Shown here in pieces: positions 24,300-37,517 of a stretch of DNA of 64,000 nucleotides; within the stretch, counting starts at the first letter, position 1; each line of letters starts with the position of its first letter. The stretch is from Antedon mediterranea. Lineage: Eukaryota > Animalia > Echinodermata. The notes beneath the pieces were generated by a model, which did not search any database, was not told the origin of the DNA, and was given only the letters and a program-made list of their open reading frames with translations. The position numbers were made by a program, and so were the translations under genes. The DNA lies in NCBI RefSeq assembly GCF_964355755.1, contig NC_092677.1:12298101-12362100 (forward strand), in the 5' to 3' direction.

Positions 24300-25110
24300 G
24301 AAACAATTGAATGAGAGACAGTAAAGCTAAGCTCCGGCTTAACACGAAACGTTGGATGCCGCGTTGTCGATCCACAAAAACCCAGGTTGACGTGGAACAT
24401 GATTATCTTCCGGGTCAAATATTTGAATAGTTTCCACTTCCGGCTTCCATTTTGCGTCATTACATTTTCCATTGTTTATGTTTTATCACCATTGTATTTT
24501 AACAGTATTCTTGTAAATTACGTCTATTGTATAAACATAATTAAAATATGTATTAGCCAGACTAAATAATAACTATATGCAATAACTTTGAAATTTGAAA
24601 TAAACGAAGTAATATTCAATTTATTGCATCATTTTCATTTTCTTTATAAATTTGTAAGTTCTGACCCATGACAACAACACGCACGAATCATGTGCCTTTG
24701 TTATGATCGTTATATTTTAACTAGTAGGTGAACTTGAAATACAATGTTGAAATAAATGACATATAAGCTCAATATATAGTTGATGAATAACAACTTATTG
24801 AACGTAAAACGTGGTCAATGAAGTATTGCAGCAAGTTTAATTCATGAAAACATTACTGTATTATAAAATATAATAAAACACCTATATTATTTGATGAATG
24901 GTACATTCCTAATTGTGACGCAATAACTTCCAAATTTGGCAATCAGCTGTTTGTTGTCAACAAACGGTATACGCTTATCGTCAGGACATAATTAACTGTC
25001 TAAGTTTTTCTTATTTTCGCTAACGCCCTCTTCAAATTGCAGTATTATTTTGCTCAAATTTGTATCTAGAAAGAAGAAACTTATATTTTGTATAATTTTT
25101 GTGTGTGTAG
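24300..25110. promoter_or_regulatory. Probable divergent promoter region between C19orf12 (-) and TP53INP (+)
   Basis: Relatively CpG-rich, ETS-type CACTTCCGG (~24435-24443); candidate non-coding first-exon donors GTAAGT at ~24210 (-) and ~25111 (+). TSS positions are not determinable from sequence. Confidence 0.4.
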
Positions 25111-26579
25111 GTAAGTCAGATTATTAATTATTAAGCAAAATAGTAAGCACAGCCATTATTGGGCGGATCTCGAATTTGCGCGGAATTTCATCGCATAGAG
25201 ACTGAGACTGAGAGGAGAGGAGGCTAGAGCCGTTCACTCTTCTGATTGTCAGTTTCAGATTTGTGAAGCCTTGGAATTAGGTTCTTGTAATTAATTGATG
25301 TTGGTGAAGTGATTAGAGCTTCCTTTTCTTCTTCTTGTTTATCATCACTTGACCTGTAATTGTCTTAGTTAGATATTTTCATTTTGACTGAAAGTTTATT
25401 TTTGACAGTTGCCAGTTGGTTCATGTAAGGAGTTGCCATGGCCAGTAGAGGTGGGTGTAGATTCAAGTCTAGGCTAGACCTAATCATAGAAGACTACTAC
25501 TAGTGCTAGTATTTATTTTACACAATAGAGTTCAAACAAGGAACTAAAGGATAATTTGTCCAGGTGCTAAATTTAAATAAAAATTGTCATCTTTTTAATT
25601 GCTACCCTGGGAAAATATTAACTGCTATTAATATTTATACCTAACATTCGATCCATCATGATTAAGTAAATATTTATTAAAGTTTACTATCTTATTAATT
25701 GTGCAATATAATGTCTGTTTATGTTTTTCATAACTTATTTGGTGATAAGATCTTTCAAAAGGGCAATCGTTACGTTTGATTTACTCATAAACTGTGTAAA
25801 ATATTTTATAATCATTGTACAATCTAACCTTCAGTTTGTATAATCTTTGTAATCTCTAACCAATTTACCTTGAACTAGAATAAAGAACAGGTAGCATATT
25901 TTGTATTTGATTCTTATGTGTTATATTGTTTCTAAAATAATATTATTTACGATTTGATTTTGTTGAACTAAACTGATTTATAAATTCTATTTATTTGGTA
26001 CAGTACAACAGTACCTAATTGTATACAGTATTCGTATTCTTATTTATATTAACCCTAAAAGTGTATTTTAGTCATTACAGACCCCAGGATATGAACAGTC
26101 ATGAATTCTGTCTGCAAAGAATAAAACAATACAAAAAACCACCAAAAACAACTATGATTTGTTATTGTACAATAAAATGCATGTAACTTCCTGATATTCA
26201 ATTACCACAACCTTGGATTAATATACTATTCATTCATTGACGGAATATTACTTCATTTTAATTGAGATCAGATTAATCAAACCTGTAGTATTGTATTCAA
26301 TGCAACCAACCTGAATGACTAGTGAATTTCCATTAAAAACACAATGATTTAAAGAACAATACAATTTGCAGTGATGATGAATAAATTTAGGTTAAATTAA
26401 ATAATGGGGAGAGGTGCGATAAGATATTATATTATTGCTTGGTACAGGTTTGAGAGAATTACCGAACCTCATCTCCAAGAAACTCGTGTTAAAATATTGA
26501 TACGGTTAGCCACCAATTTTTCTAAAAATATTTTGCCATCTAATTAGACTACTGTATGTGTTATTTTGATGTGGTCTCT

Positions 26580-26912
26580 ATGTGTCATTACCGTCCTTGC
26601 GTTACGTTAGCTTGCATGAAGAATTTATTAGCTGTGCGTAATGGCCATCAAACAAAATGTATGTAATTGTAACAGTCGCACTTTTTGTTAGTACTGTATA
26701 TCAGTTTTTGTCAAATTTATTATCTTGTACGATTGATTTCCTCCTCCTGTATTTATGTGAAGTACAATACATTGCACCAGTTTTAAAATACCCAATTTGA
26801 CCTATGAACTGTGTCGATCACTGTTACTCTACGTGTCATTACCGTGCTTGCGTTACGTTAGCTTGCATGAAGAATTTATTAGCTGTGCAAGTAATGGCCA
26901 TCAAACAAAATT
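26580..26912. repeat. ~80-bp direct repeat, 2 copies about 252 bp apart
   Basis: GTGTCATTACCGTSCTTGCGTTACGTTAGCTTGCATGAAGAATTTATTAGCTGTGC..GTAATGGCCATCAAACAAAAT at ~26582 and ~26833. Confidence 0.85.
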
Positions 26913-28166
26913 GTTATTAGAGTATTATTAATTCCATTCAAATCAATTGTGTCATGCCTGAGTAGTTTTGTATAAAATGATTGAATACCAGCATTGGATT
27001 GGTATTATTATTATTATTATATCATATCAATAGATGTATGATGAATGGATATTATGTCAATACATTGTAATGAATGTGCTGCTAGCAAAATATAAATTCC
27101 ACTAATAAATAATCACTGTATTTTTCCACATCGTGCCTTAAATTACACTGCTATTTTATCATAGTAAATATCAACATTCCAAGTAAAATTATAGAAATGG
27201 CTCCTGTAGATCCAGGATCTATATGAAAACATAAGAGAATAATGTGGAGCAGGGAATTCAAATGAAGTAGACCTGGCTAGCGGGTGTCACAAAACCTAAG
27301 ACCACGAAAGCTAAGACCCCCTAAGACCTAAGATCACGAAAGCTAAGACCCAAGACCTAAGATTACAAATATTTATTTATTGATAAACATTGTTTAATGC
27401 AAAAAAATGATCAAGAAAATTATAATTATTTATTTAAATTTTTGAATCTGAATTTTTAATTGTTAAACATTTTAATCTAAATGATGACAATACTAATTCT
27501 AATACTCATATTATCTGGATGCGTAATTGTGTTTTTTTTTTTATTGTTTGTACTTTTTTGCAGACTATCTTTTTTCTTTGCTCTTCTCTATCAATTATTT
27601 GCAAATACGCAAGTAAAGTGTTCACAGTCTGATAAGCAACTGTGCGGTGCCCTTTGTGACTGAGTCATTGTTCCATTAGGATCTCCCACTCTTTTTTTCA
27701 TTGTCTAATGCTACCCTGGGAAGAACTTTTTGTGGAAGTGTAGTATTGCATGTCAGGCTATTTATAGATTCTGTAAACTTGACAGCTGGAATATGGGCTA
27801 CCCTGGGAAAAACCTCTTTATTTTTTTTTCTGTGAATGTCTAGGTCAGGTTATATATAGAACTGACACTGAAGGTGATCCTTGTTATGGACACTTTCAGT
27901 GTATTATGAAATAAAGATATTTCATACTATTTTTAAAAATACAGTACATTTAATAAAGGCTGTTTAAAAAGGTAGATCATTTTGTTTCAGGTTCTTATTT
28001 GATTTAATTATTGTGATACAATCATTAGGTACAAGATACCACTATGTTTTCCTTTTAAATACTATTTATATTTATTTTTCTCCGATTCTAGCTATTTTGG
28101 ATAAAAAACAAGCTATTCTTTTCAATTGTTTTATTGTTCTATCATAATAAAAGACAACATATCAAG

Positions 28167-30351
28167 ATGCTTAGTGGAATTGCAAGTTTTCTTTTCGGTA
28201 CCACCGATGGTGACGAGGTGTTGAACGCCCAGCAGATGGACCTAACTGAAGCCGATGATGAATGGGTTCTTGTTGACGTTACGAGTAAGTGTATTTTAAC
28301 CACCTTTATACTGACGCATAAAGTAAGCTATAAAAAGATTTCTCCACAGAAATTGAATAAATTGGGATTTAAAAAAAATTATATAGACTCGTTTCTGTTG
28401 GCAAGAAAATACCATTCTTTCGGTATTGAAATCTGTATTATCTTGCTTAAAACGAGCCATAACAAGTCAACTGTACGAGTTTTTTTCTATATAAAATAAT
28501 AAAAGCTGTTTTCACACAATTATTGTTCTGTTCAAATAAATATATAATTATAAATTATGCTGTATTCGATTCTGGAAAGCCCAATATTTTTGCCATTCAA
28601 GTACGAAATACTATGCTGGATGAATTTTGACAATGTTTAGTTGTTAAGGCCCATTTACACTAGGGCGATAACGATCGACGATAAATAGATAAATATGCAT
28701 TTTTCATAACTAAAACAAAAGAATTTTAAAAAGTTTCCATCCTAGAACTAGAGGATTATCATCTATGCTGCCTTTGATGAAAATAATATTTCCACACGTC
28801 CAATCAAATGACGTCATGATTAGTAAGAGCAATAATATCGTTACAATACAACGATTTTATTGTTTTCATTGATCATGACGTCATTTGATTGGTTTTTCAA
28901 AAATAATATTTTTATTAAATACAGCATATATGATTATCCTATAGTTCTAGAATGAAAAATGTTCTAATTTCTTTTGTTTTATCAAACAAAAATTTATGTT
29001 TATCTACAGTATTTATTGTCGATCGTTATTGCCCTGTGTAAATGGGCCTTTAGACTATGGGTCTCATTTGAATACAATACAATAGCCTGATGAAGGTCTA
29101 TAACAATCATTATACTAGCAGATGGGAGGGCTTGTTTACTTGGTGCCTTGCCAATTTTGAAATTGTAAACATCACAGAGACATAATAACAATAACAATGT
29201 TATCCATTTTCATCTAAAAATTCAATAAACAAAATACTAATAATAAAAGAAATTAGGTCAAATAAATGATAACAATACGGATATTATTAAAAGGGGATCT
29301 ATACTGCTAACAAGGTATCTATATAATAATAGACCTACTGCTATAAGTGAATTGATATATCTACTGTACTGTACCTCTTACCACTAGATCAAGCTCTGAT
29401 GTTACATAACAATTTCATCATACATACATATACAGTCAGTGGTTCAATAAATACACTTAAAGCAAATAATAATGCTAAGCAGATAACAAATTTTACCAGT
29501 TTTCAAACATAAATGTATTTAAAATTTTAATTTGGAAACTATGCATTTAAGCTTTGTGAATTCTAAATTAATAGCTTTTCATCAGCTTACAACAGACTCA
29601 TTGATTCCAATTTTCCCTCCAAACTGTTTTGTTTTGATCTTCATTGTTTCCTTGTTTAATCACGGTGACCCATTTTCAAACAGGTGGTTTTTTATTAATT
29701 TTTTTTTCTTGTAAGTCAAGGTTTAAGTTAATTCTTAGACCAGATGCAATGTTTACACTGTTCCTTGTTTGCCTAGTAGAAAAGTTTAAAATTAACAAAA
29801 TTATCTTTTTTTCAGACGTGAGAAGAAGTCCGAGAATTAGTCGAGATTCGTCACCTTCGAAAGAAAATCAAGGTTCCAAAGGTGGAAATACGGCGGATGC
29901 GATACCAATTCCTGTTGAGGAAAGTTGGTTTATGACGCCTCCACCATGTTTTAATGCGGGCTCACCGGGACATATAGCCACTAGCCCGATGGAAAATCTG
30001 TTAATTGAACATCCTAGTATGTCGGTGTACCACAGTTCAAGTTCACGTGAGGCGCACTGTCGTGTAGGAAACTCTCGTCAACCAATCCGCAAACATAAAC
30101 TCCGAGCAAGAACTGTCCACCAACCTAAAAAGGCGGCAGCAATTGCAAACCGCCTCGGTATTGAACAGTCCCACAGTGCAGCTGTGGTTCATGCTAGAAA
30201 CATAGAGAAAAAGCAATTTAGTAAATCTCTATCACGTTCAAAAGTCGAACGAGCGAATAAAGCCTATCATCAAGAATCAAATGGGAAGCGACGTCATTAT
30301 CGGAATAACAAACCGGGAAGACATACAAACGCTGTCTACAAACAGTGTTGA
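28167..30351 (+). CDS. TP53INP: Tumor protein p53-inducible nuclear protein (TP53INP1/2, DOR family) homolog, 2 coding exons, ~217 aa
   Basis: Exons 28167-28284 (MLSGIASFLFG...EADDEWVLVD, LIR motif) and 29816-30351 (EESWFMTPPPCF, SPMENLLIEHPSMSVY, basic C-terminus); phase-1 intron. Long AT-rich probable 3' UTR, AATAAA near 33260. Confidence 0.92.
28647..29049. mobile_element. Foldback Harbinger-like MITE (403 bp, TTA target duplication)
   Basis: TIR AGGCCCATTTACAC / GTGTAAATGGGCCT, inverted symmetry extending ~170 bp inward, TTA at 28644-28646 and 29050-29052. Confidence 0.88.
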
Positions 30352-31311
30352 TGCGCCCTCAACTTGCCACTCAGTTTGTTGTGTTGCTTCTCTTTTGTTT
30401 TTCATTAGATTATTTATTCTAAAAATGTATTTTTACTAAAAATCCAGTCTAAACATTTATTAACAATATAGATATATTTGGATTGTTTATTCATATGATT
30501 TGTATAGGTTGAATTGTAAATTAATTGTTTGTGTTTATACTTCATGTAACTGTGAATAAATCTGACACACATTGTAAGTAGAATCATTCATCCATGACCA
30601 AACTATCATATATTTAATGTGTAAAATATTCAAAGAATATTATTTATATATTTTCATAATCAGCAAGAGAAATCAGAAATGTGAGAAATGCAAAAATACA
30701 GTAAATGGAAACATTTAAACGAATATGAAACAAATGTAATACTTATGACATTAAGTAAGGTTTAATCACCAATCAATATTATTTATGACAGTATAAAACT
30801 AGTTCATATCTCCAGATAATATAATTGATGCTATAATTCTGACAGTATTAAGAAAATGATAATTGGGTTTTTTTACTCGCATATACAGTACTGCTCAACG
30901 CATAGAGGTATTACTTTTAGTATTTCACTATAATAATCTGTAGGATTATTCCTACAACAACAAATATTATACCGTGATATTTCTATGTCAGGTAATTTTG
31001 TTGTTGTTTTTGATACAGTACTACTCTACCCATAGAGGCATAAAGAAGATGTTAGCATAAAATCCATGCTGATAATGATTTTGTATTGACGCTCTATCAA
31101 ACGATACAGTAATTAAAGAGCTCTAGAATATTAGGAATCGTTTAAACCCAATCATAAGTTACCTTCTATACCCAGTATAAATATAAATTTCAATCAATAG
31201 CACTTTACCTCTTTCACTTTCACAATTTTTAACCTAAAACACATAAAATAAAGACAAAATCTATACGAGTTTACCCAAAGATGATTTTGATTATTTAAGC
31301 ATTCTTACAAC

Positions 31312-31490
31312 CAGTGGCGTAACGCAGACCCCTGGTTTAAGAACCTTAAGTGGCCCTCCAACGCTTGAGGCCTCGGGCGTTTTTAGCTTTTTCTTATTTT
31401 AATGCCTGATTTTTGGCACTGCTCAGGGGACCCCATAAGCTAGGGCCCCCTGGGTTTAGCCAGTGAGCGCTCATACCTGTTACGCCACTG
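31312..31490. mobile_element. hAT-family MITE (179 bp, 8-bp target duplication)
   Basis: TIR CAGTGGCGTAAC / GTTACGCCACTG, TSD CTTACAAC at 31304-31311 and 31491-31498. Confidence 0.92.
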
Positions 31491-32769
31491 CTTACAACAT
31501 ACAGTATCTTAGTTGCCCTACCACAGTATTATTTTTAAGTATTCTAAGTAAGATTAAGAAGAAACATCAAAACAAACATATTTACTGTCTATAATCCTGT
31601 CTTTACAAAAGAACAAACACTAATCAAAAATAATGAAATTGCTTTTCTGCAATGCCCTTGCTTAGACAATAATATATTAAATTGTTTTAATTAAAGACAA
31701 TTGTTTGAAATTGGTATCCTCAGAACTTGAAAGGCAACGTATTGCATACAGTATTGTATTCATCTGTCAACTGTTGTCAGATAAAACTCTTAAAAAGTAC
31801 TATTACATTGATAGTTATCACGCTATTGATATCTAGTATCATACTTGTGTACACAAATATGTTTACCTTAGAATGGTTAGAGACCAGCATATGTTAATAC
31901 ATTAGTCATTTTATTTTATTGCGAGGTGATCTTGTTAAAGGTTTATATGTACTGAGGTTATCTGCTTTGGTTGGTGTAGTTCTGAGTTTTCTAGACTTTT
32001 GCACATAATACTGTATTCATTCGAAATAGTCTAAGAAATTTGCACTTTTTCGTTCTGTATGGGGTCACATATTTCTGTATAGAAGTATAGTTACTATAGT
32101 TACTTGCACTTTAGTAATCATAACAGTAACAACTAGATGCAATACTAGAGATACAATATTTAAATGTAAAACTGATACTGGAATCATATTAAGTACTGTA
32201 CTTTTGATTAAATATTCAAATTGCATTGCCTTGCATTCAATTATGTCCAAGGAAATGATTTCCAAAAACAAACTAGTTCAGTATATAACATAGTATCGTC
32301 TTTCTGGGTTTAAATACTAGGAAATGATCTTTGTAAGGTAGCATAAAAAACAGCCTCAATTAAATGTAGCTATCAAGAAGCAATCTTCCTTTTATTGCAA
32401 AAAAATAGATTTATTTAATATCTAAACTGTATGTAAAACCTATTATCGTAATTAACCGATACAATGCAAGCTCTCGATTTCAGATATTATGCTGGTCTTA
32501 TCATTAATTTTTATATAGACATATAAACTAATAAGGCCTCAAGCTTCTCTTCTATAAAGCAATCTTTGTCAACGCTTTATTGTTTGTTATTAGTGAGTTC
32601 TTCCTCCTTTTGCCAAGCCTCTATTGAACAATGCCAACTGTTTCCTTATTTATTACCCGCATGGCACATGCAAAAGAGGACCTGCTGGAGTTAGGATTTT
32701 GTGAAATTGAGTAGGACTAAACAGTAGTACTCAAATCAAACCAGTTTTCTATGAAATTGTACTAACTAC

Positions 32770-32905
32770 CACTGGCTATGAGGGCTCACTGGCTAAACCC
32801 AGGGGCCCCAGAGCATGATCAGTCCAATGCAACTACCGAGCATTGAAGGGCTCCTTAGGAGTGCTAAACCAGGGGCCTTTGCCCTATATATATGTTACGC
32901 TACTG
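32770..32905. mobile_element. hAT-family MITE related to 31312-31490, opposite orientation
   Basis: GCTCACTGGCTAAACCCAGGGGCCCC ... CTAAACCAGGGG ... GTTACGCTACTG. Confidence 0.75.
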
Positions 32906-34354
32906 TTAACTACAGTAGCTGTCAACAAAATGTCTATAGAAAACATGTAACACTTTGAATTATCTGCATAGTACATCCAAGCGTCACATTGAGAAATCTG
33001 TACGTTTAGTTTTCCATTTATAATGCTTGATAATATTACCACGTCGCTATTATTCTTGGTTAGTGGTTTGTGAATGAAGTTATATTTGTGCCACTCGAGT
33101 TAGCATACTCTGCTGTAACAGGTTTTCATATTTATAAATATCCTAAAATCATTGATCAGTTAACACGCTATTGTTTGTGAAATGTATAAACACATCCTGG
33201 TTTGGGCGAAGCTATTAATTGTATTATTATTATATTCATTGCTATGTTTTCCAGGGAAAAATAAACCAGTATAAACCATGTTTACGCTTGTCTTCTGTAG
33301 TAAAGGTTATTTAACATGGTCCCTTGTTTTATTTATTACTTGTTTTCCACAATTTTAACATTACTACTTCAGTCGAGCAATTCAATGTTTCACAACAAAA
33401 TTATTTATCTAGTCAATTGATTTTTTTCTTGTAGAACATGCAATTTAAAATATGATCATGCTGCAGATGTTAAGTTTATTTCTTTACAAGAAACAAATGT
33501 CATCTAAAATAATATTACCATATTACACATTTCTAAATTAATATAATATTTATTCTATTTATAATATATTATTATTGCTATCCTTAAATGCTATACTATA
33601 ATATCCTATAATAGGATTTACATAATTATTATTAATAGATTCATTATTATTAATGAATACTAATGGGTATTCATTTTTAATTAATGCATATTCATTTTTA
33701 GTTAATGAATATTATTTAATGTAATGTTCAATTCTACTTTTTCATAATAATATAGGCCTAGTATAAGTTAAAATAACTAATAATTAAATACAATTATTTC
33801 AATTAAATACAGTAGTTATTAGTAATGTAATTACATTGTTTCATAGCTAATATTTTAAATTAAGCAATTTTTTGTGTTTTTATGTAAATGAATAGTTTGA
33901 CTGTTGTTTTGATAAAGATGTGTGTGTTTTTTTTGGATTTGCGTATTCGAGTTGGATTGTAGGGGTAAGGAACATAGGCACAACGTAAGCAAGCTGGCCA
34001 TTCTTAAACCGGCCATTTGGTTGGTCAGTTGTGTTGTGATTGGTCAAATTACTTACGGTGGGCTTGCGTCCAATTGGAAGTTACGGTTACTGTATTTTAC
34101 ATATTTATGTTCGAGTTTAGAATGACTTGCGTGTGTGCATGTTGAAAATAAGGTTAAATTTATAGGCTAGAATATTTTCTGCCATGTTATTTACTATCTA
34201 ATACATGTATTTGTTTGTTTTTCAAATGATTTTTACGCAGGTCAGTATGAAATTCTACCTCTATTATCTACTGGCCTAATCTGTATCTACAATAATTATT
34301 GTTAAATAACAATGTTTGAGTGTTGTAGTTAGGATACATTAATACAGGTAGAAT

Positions 34355-34417
34355 GTTTATTTTACACTTAATCTACGTATGATCTTAGATCATACGTAGA
34401 TTAAGTGTAAAATAAAC
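34355..34417. repeat. Perfect palindrome, 31-bp arms, 1-nt spacer
   Basis: GTTTATTTTACACTTAATCTACGTATGATCT-T-AGATCATACGTAGATTAAGTGTAAAATAAAC. Confidence 0.95.
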
Positions 34418-36109
34418 TCAAATGCAATGTTTTAATTGTATTAAGAAAAAAATAATAAATCAATTTCTGTATCTACTGCACTTTTTTTTTCTCTTCACAA
34501 TTCTCGTTGCAAATTGTAGATAGGTGTTTAGGGTTTAGAAAATGTTAAACAAAATAGACAGTTGGCATATTGTCAGTTGATTGGTTGATAGAAAAAAAAT
34601 GATAAAAAATGTATAAATTAGATTCCAATAATTGTATAGATTTGATGGAGAATTGAAAGTATTTGTAAAATATGTATGATGGAATATTGAATATTAGTGG
34701 TGATGTAATGGAAAAGATAAAAAGTATTTACTATAAAGTGTTTTTATTTTTCAAATGGTTGGTGTGGTTGGTTTTTTGGTCTCATATAAAAAAAACACTA
34801 ATTAATCAACATGTAGTAAACATTCCTAAAGTAAAAATGAAAAAAGAAGTGATATTAAAATTTATTATGTAATATAATATATTTTGAAAGTGTTTAATAT
34901 TCATGTCACAGGATCATACCATCACCGCTTGGTAACTGGCGCTACCCTCATCAAATGTCAAACACTGCTTGTTGGTAATGCTGTACTAGTCTGTGTCCGT
35001 CTGTACTCGTTTTTTTTCAAATTAACATATCACATTACCATTAATACAGGTGATCTGATGAACTATTGTTTTATTATTTGCTATACAAACAAAATTCCCA
35101 TTAAAAACAAGTGGTATTGAAAATTTATCAAAAATGTGCACCTTTCTTTTGTAACTAATAATATATTTATATGTTTGTTTTGACATTCAAACGTGCACAT
35201 TTTTAATTTATAATCAAACAATTAGCTTGGCACGTAACATTAAATGTCAATGTATGATGTCTGCTTAACTGTATGGAGTGAGTGCAGAATCTGTTTGGGG
35301 TTTAGCCTATTCTCATTCCTGGTTATTTTTACATTGATGACCGAATAAATATTATTATTATTATTATTAATATTATTTTAAAAAAACCACAAAAAAAACC
35401 CAGTATAACATGCAAAAGTGTTCGTTTTTTGTGAACATATTGTTCGTATTATTAAAGGACTGTATTATAGCAACGGTCTTACCGACTGTGTATATAATAT
35501 AATAAAACCGATTATACTGTACTTGAGGAGATAAAACCACTAGTAATGATCGTTTTTAACGCAGTCCTGCCTAGGACTCAAAATAAGATATAGTTTGAAT
35601 AATTGAATAAAATTTATATTCTTTTATTGCCCCTTGTTATTAGTATAATATTAGTGGTATTAAAAGACTTGCTTTTGAATGTTGTGGAGTTTGGAAACCA
35701 AAACATTTTAGATAGCCTTCTACCTAGAGCATTCAAACACGTTTTTACCATCAAATGTATACTGTATAGCACATATATATTACACATTATATTATATTGT
35801 GTGTAGTGAATTATTACAACTATATATTAATAGTTACTTATTGAAATTTTTCTGTATTTTTTCTTGTTTAGATTATTAAAATTGCAATTTTCAAAACTAT
35901 GATCAAAATAAAACCACAGATCAGATAATGAGTTGTTTTCTTATTGTTTAATTTCTCACAATCCTGGAGAGATACAATTTCCAGGGGTGGATGAGAGGGG
36001 TTATTGCCGTGCTTGGGTCATTCCACACGCCACACCCACCTATTGTACATGTACTACTACTCAGCACGACTCCACGTTTAAAAAGCTCCAGAAAATAACA
36101 TACAGCCAC

Positions 36110-36530
36110 TAGATTCAGATTCGATTTATTAATATAAATCATTCATACATAGTACAATGATAATTGTTTTCTTGGCAGAAAAACACAAGCAAAATAATAC
36201 ACACATAATATTTACATTCGTGATAAACTTGGAACAACAACAACAACAACAACAACTGATCAAGCAATATAAAATAAAACAGACATAATGACCTATCTTT
36301 TAAACTCATTGTTGTGTAGTCTAATAGCGCTAGGTAAGAATGAACATTTATTTCTATTTGTTTAACTGGAATTGTTGTTAATCTTCCAGATCTGGGAACT
36401 ACTAACTTATTGTTGAATAGGCCCTATTGAGGATAGAGAATTCAGACTATCCTAATGTGTTTCAATCAACTGAACTAGCTTTGTAATATTGATAATGCTA
36501 TTAAGATTAGCAATGATGGTTTGACATCTG
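36110..36530 (-). mobile_element. 3' fragment of a LINE (L2/Rex-Babar-like)
   Basis: Minus strand reads PRSGRLTTIPVK../..CSFLPSAIRLHNNEFKR*, typical ORF2 C-terminus, then a (TTG)n tract and AATAAA-TCGAATCTGAATCT tail. Confidence 0.65.
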
Positions 36531-37299
36531 CAAAGGTTAAATGTTCAACTTCGCATACATTAACACAACAAGGTCCTTTGTGGCAACTGAACTTCAAATT
36601 GTCCCCTTCCTGTAAACTGATATTTCATTTACAAAGTGGAAACAGTGTTGAAGAATTGTTGACATTCTAAATACTTAAATAATTATTAATTATTTAGTTT
36701 ATTATAAATTATAGATAAAATTGTATGTCGAAACAAAAATCAATATATATACTTCATAAATATTGATATACAGTATGAATGTATTACAAGTGCAACTACA
36801 TACAGTGTAGCAGTGATGAACCCAGACATTTGACAAAAGGAGATACTGAAATATTTATATTGATTAATAAATACAATATTAAGAGCATCTAATAAATAAT
36901 ATTAAGAGTATCTAATAACTGAATAAATTGTGTGCAAAGTAACCAAAATATTTCTTCGATTTTTCTGTAGATAGTTTGCCTACTGCATATATATTATTTT
37001 GTTTGTGGATGTAAATGATAGGTGGGCATGCTGTGGATACACCTCCTCCTTTCCTCTGATGTAAAACATTCAATAAATGATTCAACTTCTGCATGCAGTC
37101 CATATTCGCATATCTCAGCTGCTGTTATATGCAGCCTTGGTCTAGAGTAGTATACAACCAACTCATTCTTTGCAGCTAATGATCTAATTAATATTGACGT
37201 GGGTCACATAAAGATTATGACATCATTGCTTGCCACTACAATCCATGACATCATTCATATTGACTGTAGTAAGGTGGGGTGCTATCAGTGTATGTGATT

Positions 37300-37517
37300 T
37301 ATTAACTGAATAAATAGTTTACAATAAAAAAGTTGTTGGTAAAATAAGTAAAAATTAAGATACAAAATTAATTGTATTAATAGAATTGTACATAAATGAA
37401 TATTATATTAACTGAATAAACACAACTTTACAATAACAAAGTTATTGGTAAAATGAGTACAAATTAAGATATAAAATCAAATGTATTACTGTACTAGAAT
37501 TGCGCATAAATGAATAT
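37300..37517. repeat. ~105-110 bp imperfect tandem duplication
   Basis: TATTAACTGAATAAA...TAGAATTGYRCATAAATGAATAT twice. Confidence 0.8.

Noticed and set aside
25461-25480. p53 response element near TP53INP
   Set aside because: ATTCAAGTCT-AGGCTAGACC has three mismatches to the RRRCWWGYYY dimer; not distinguishable from chance.
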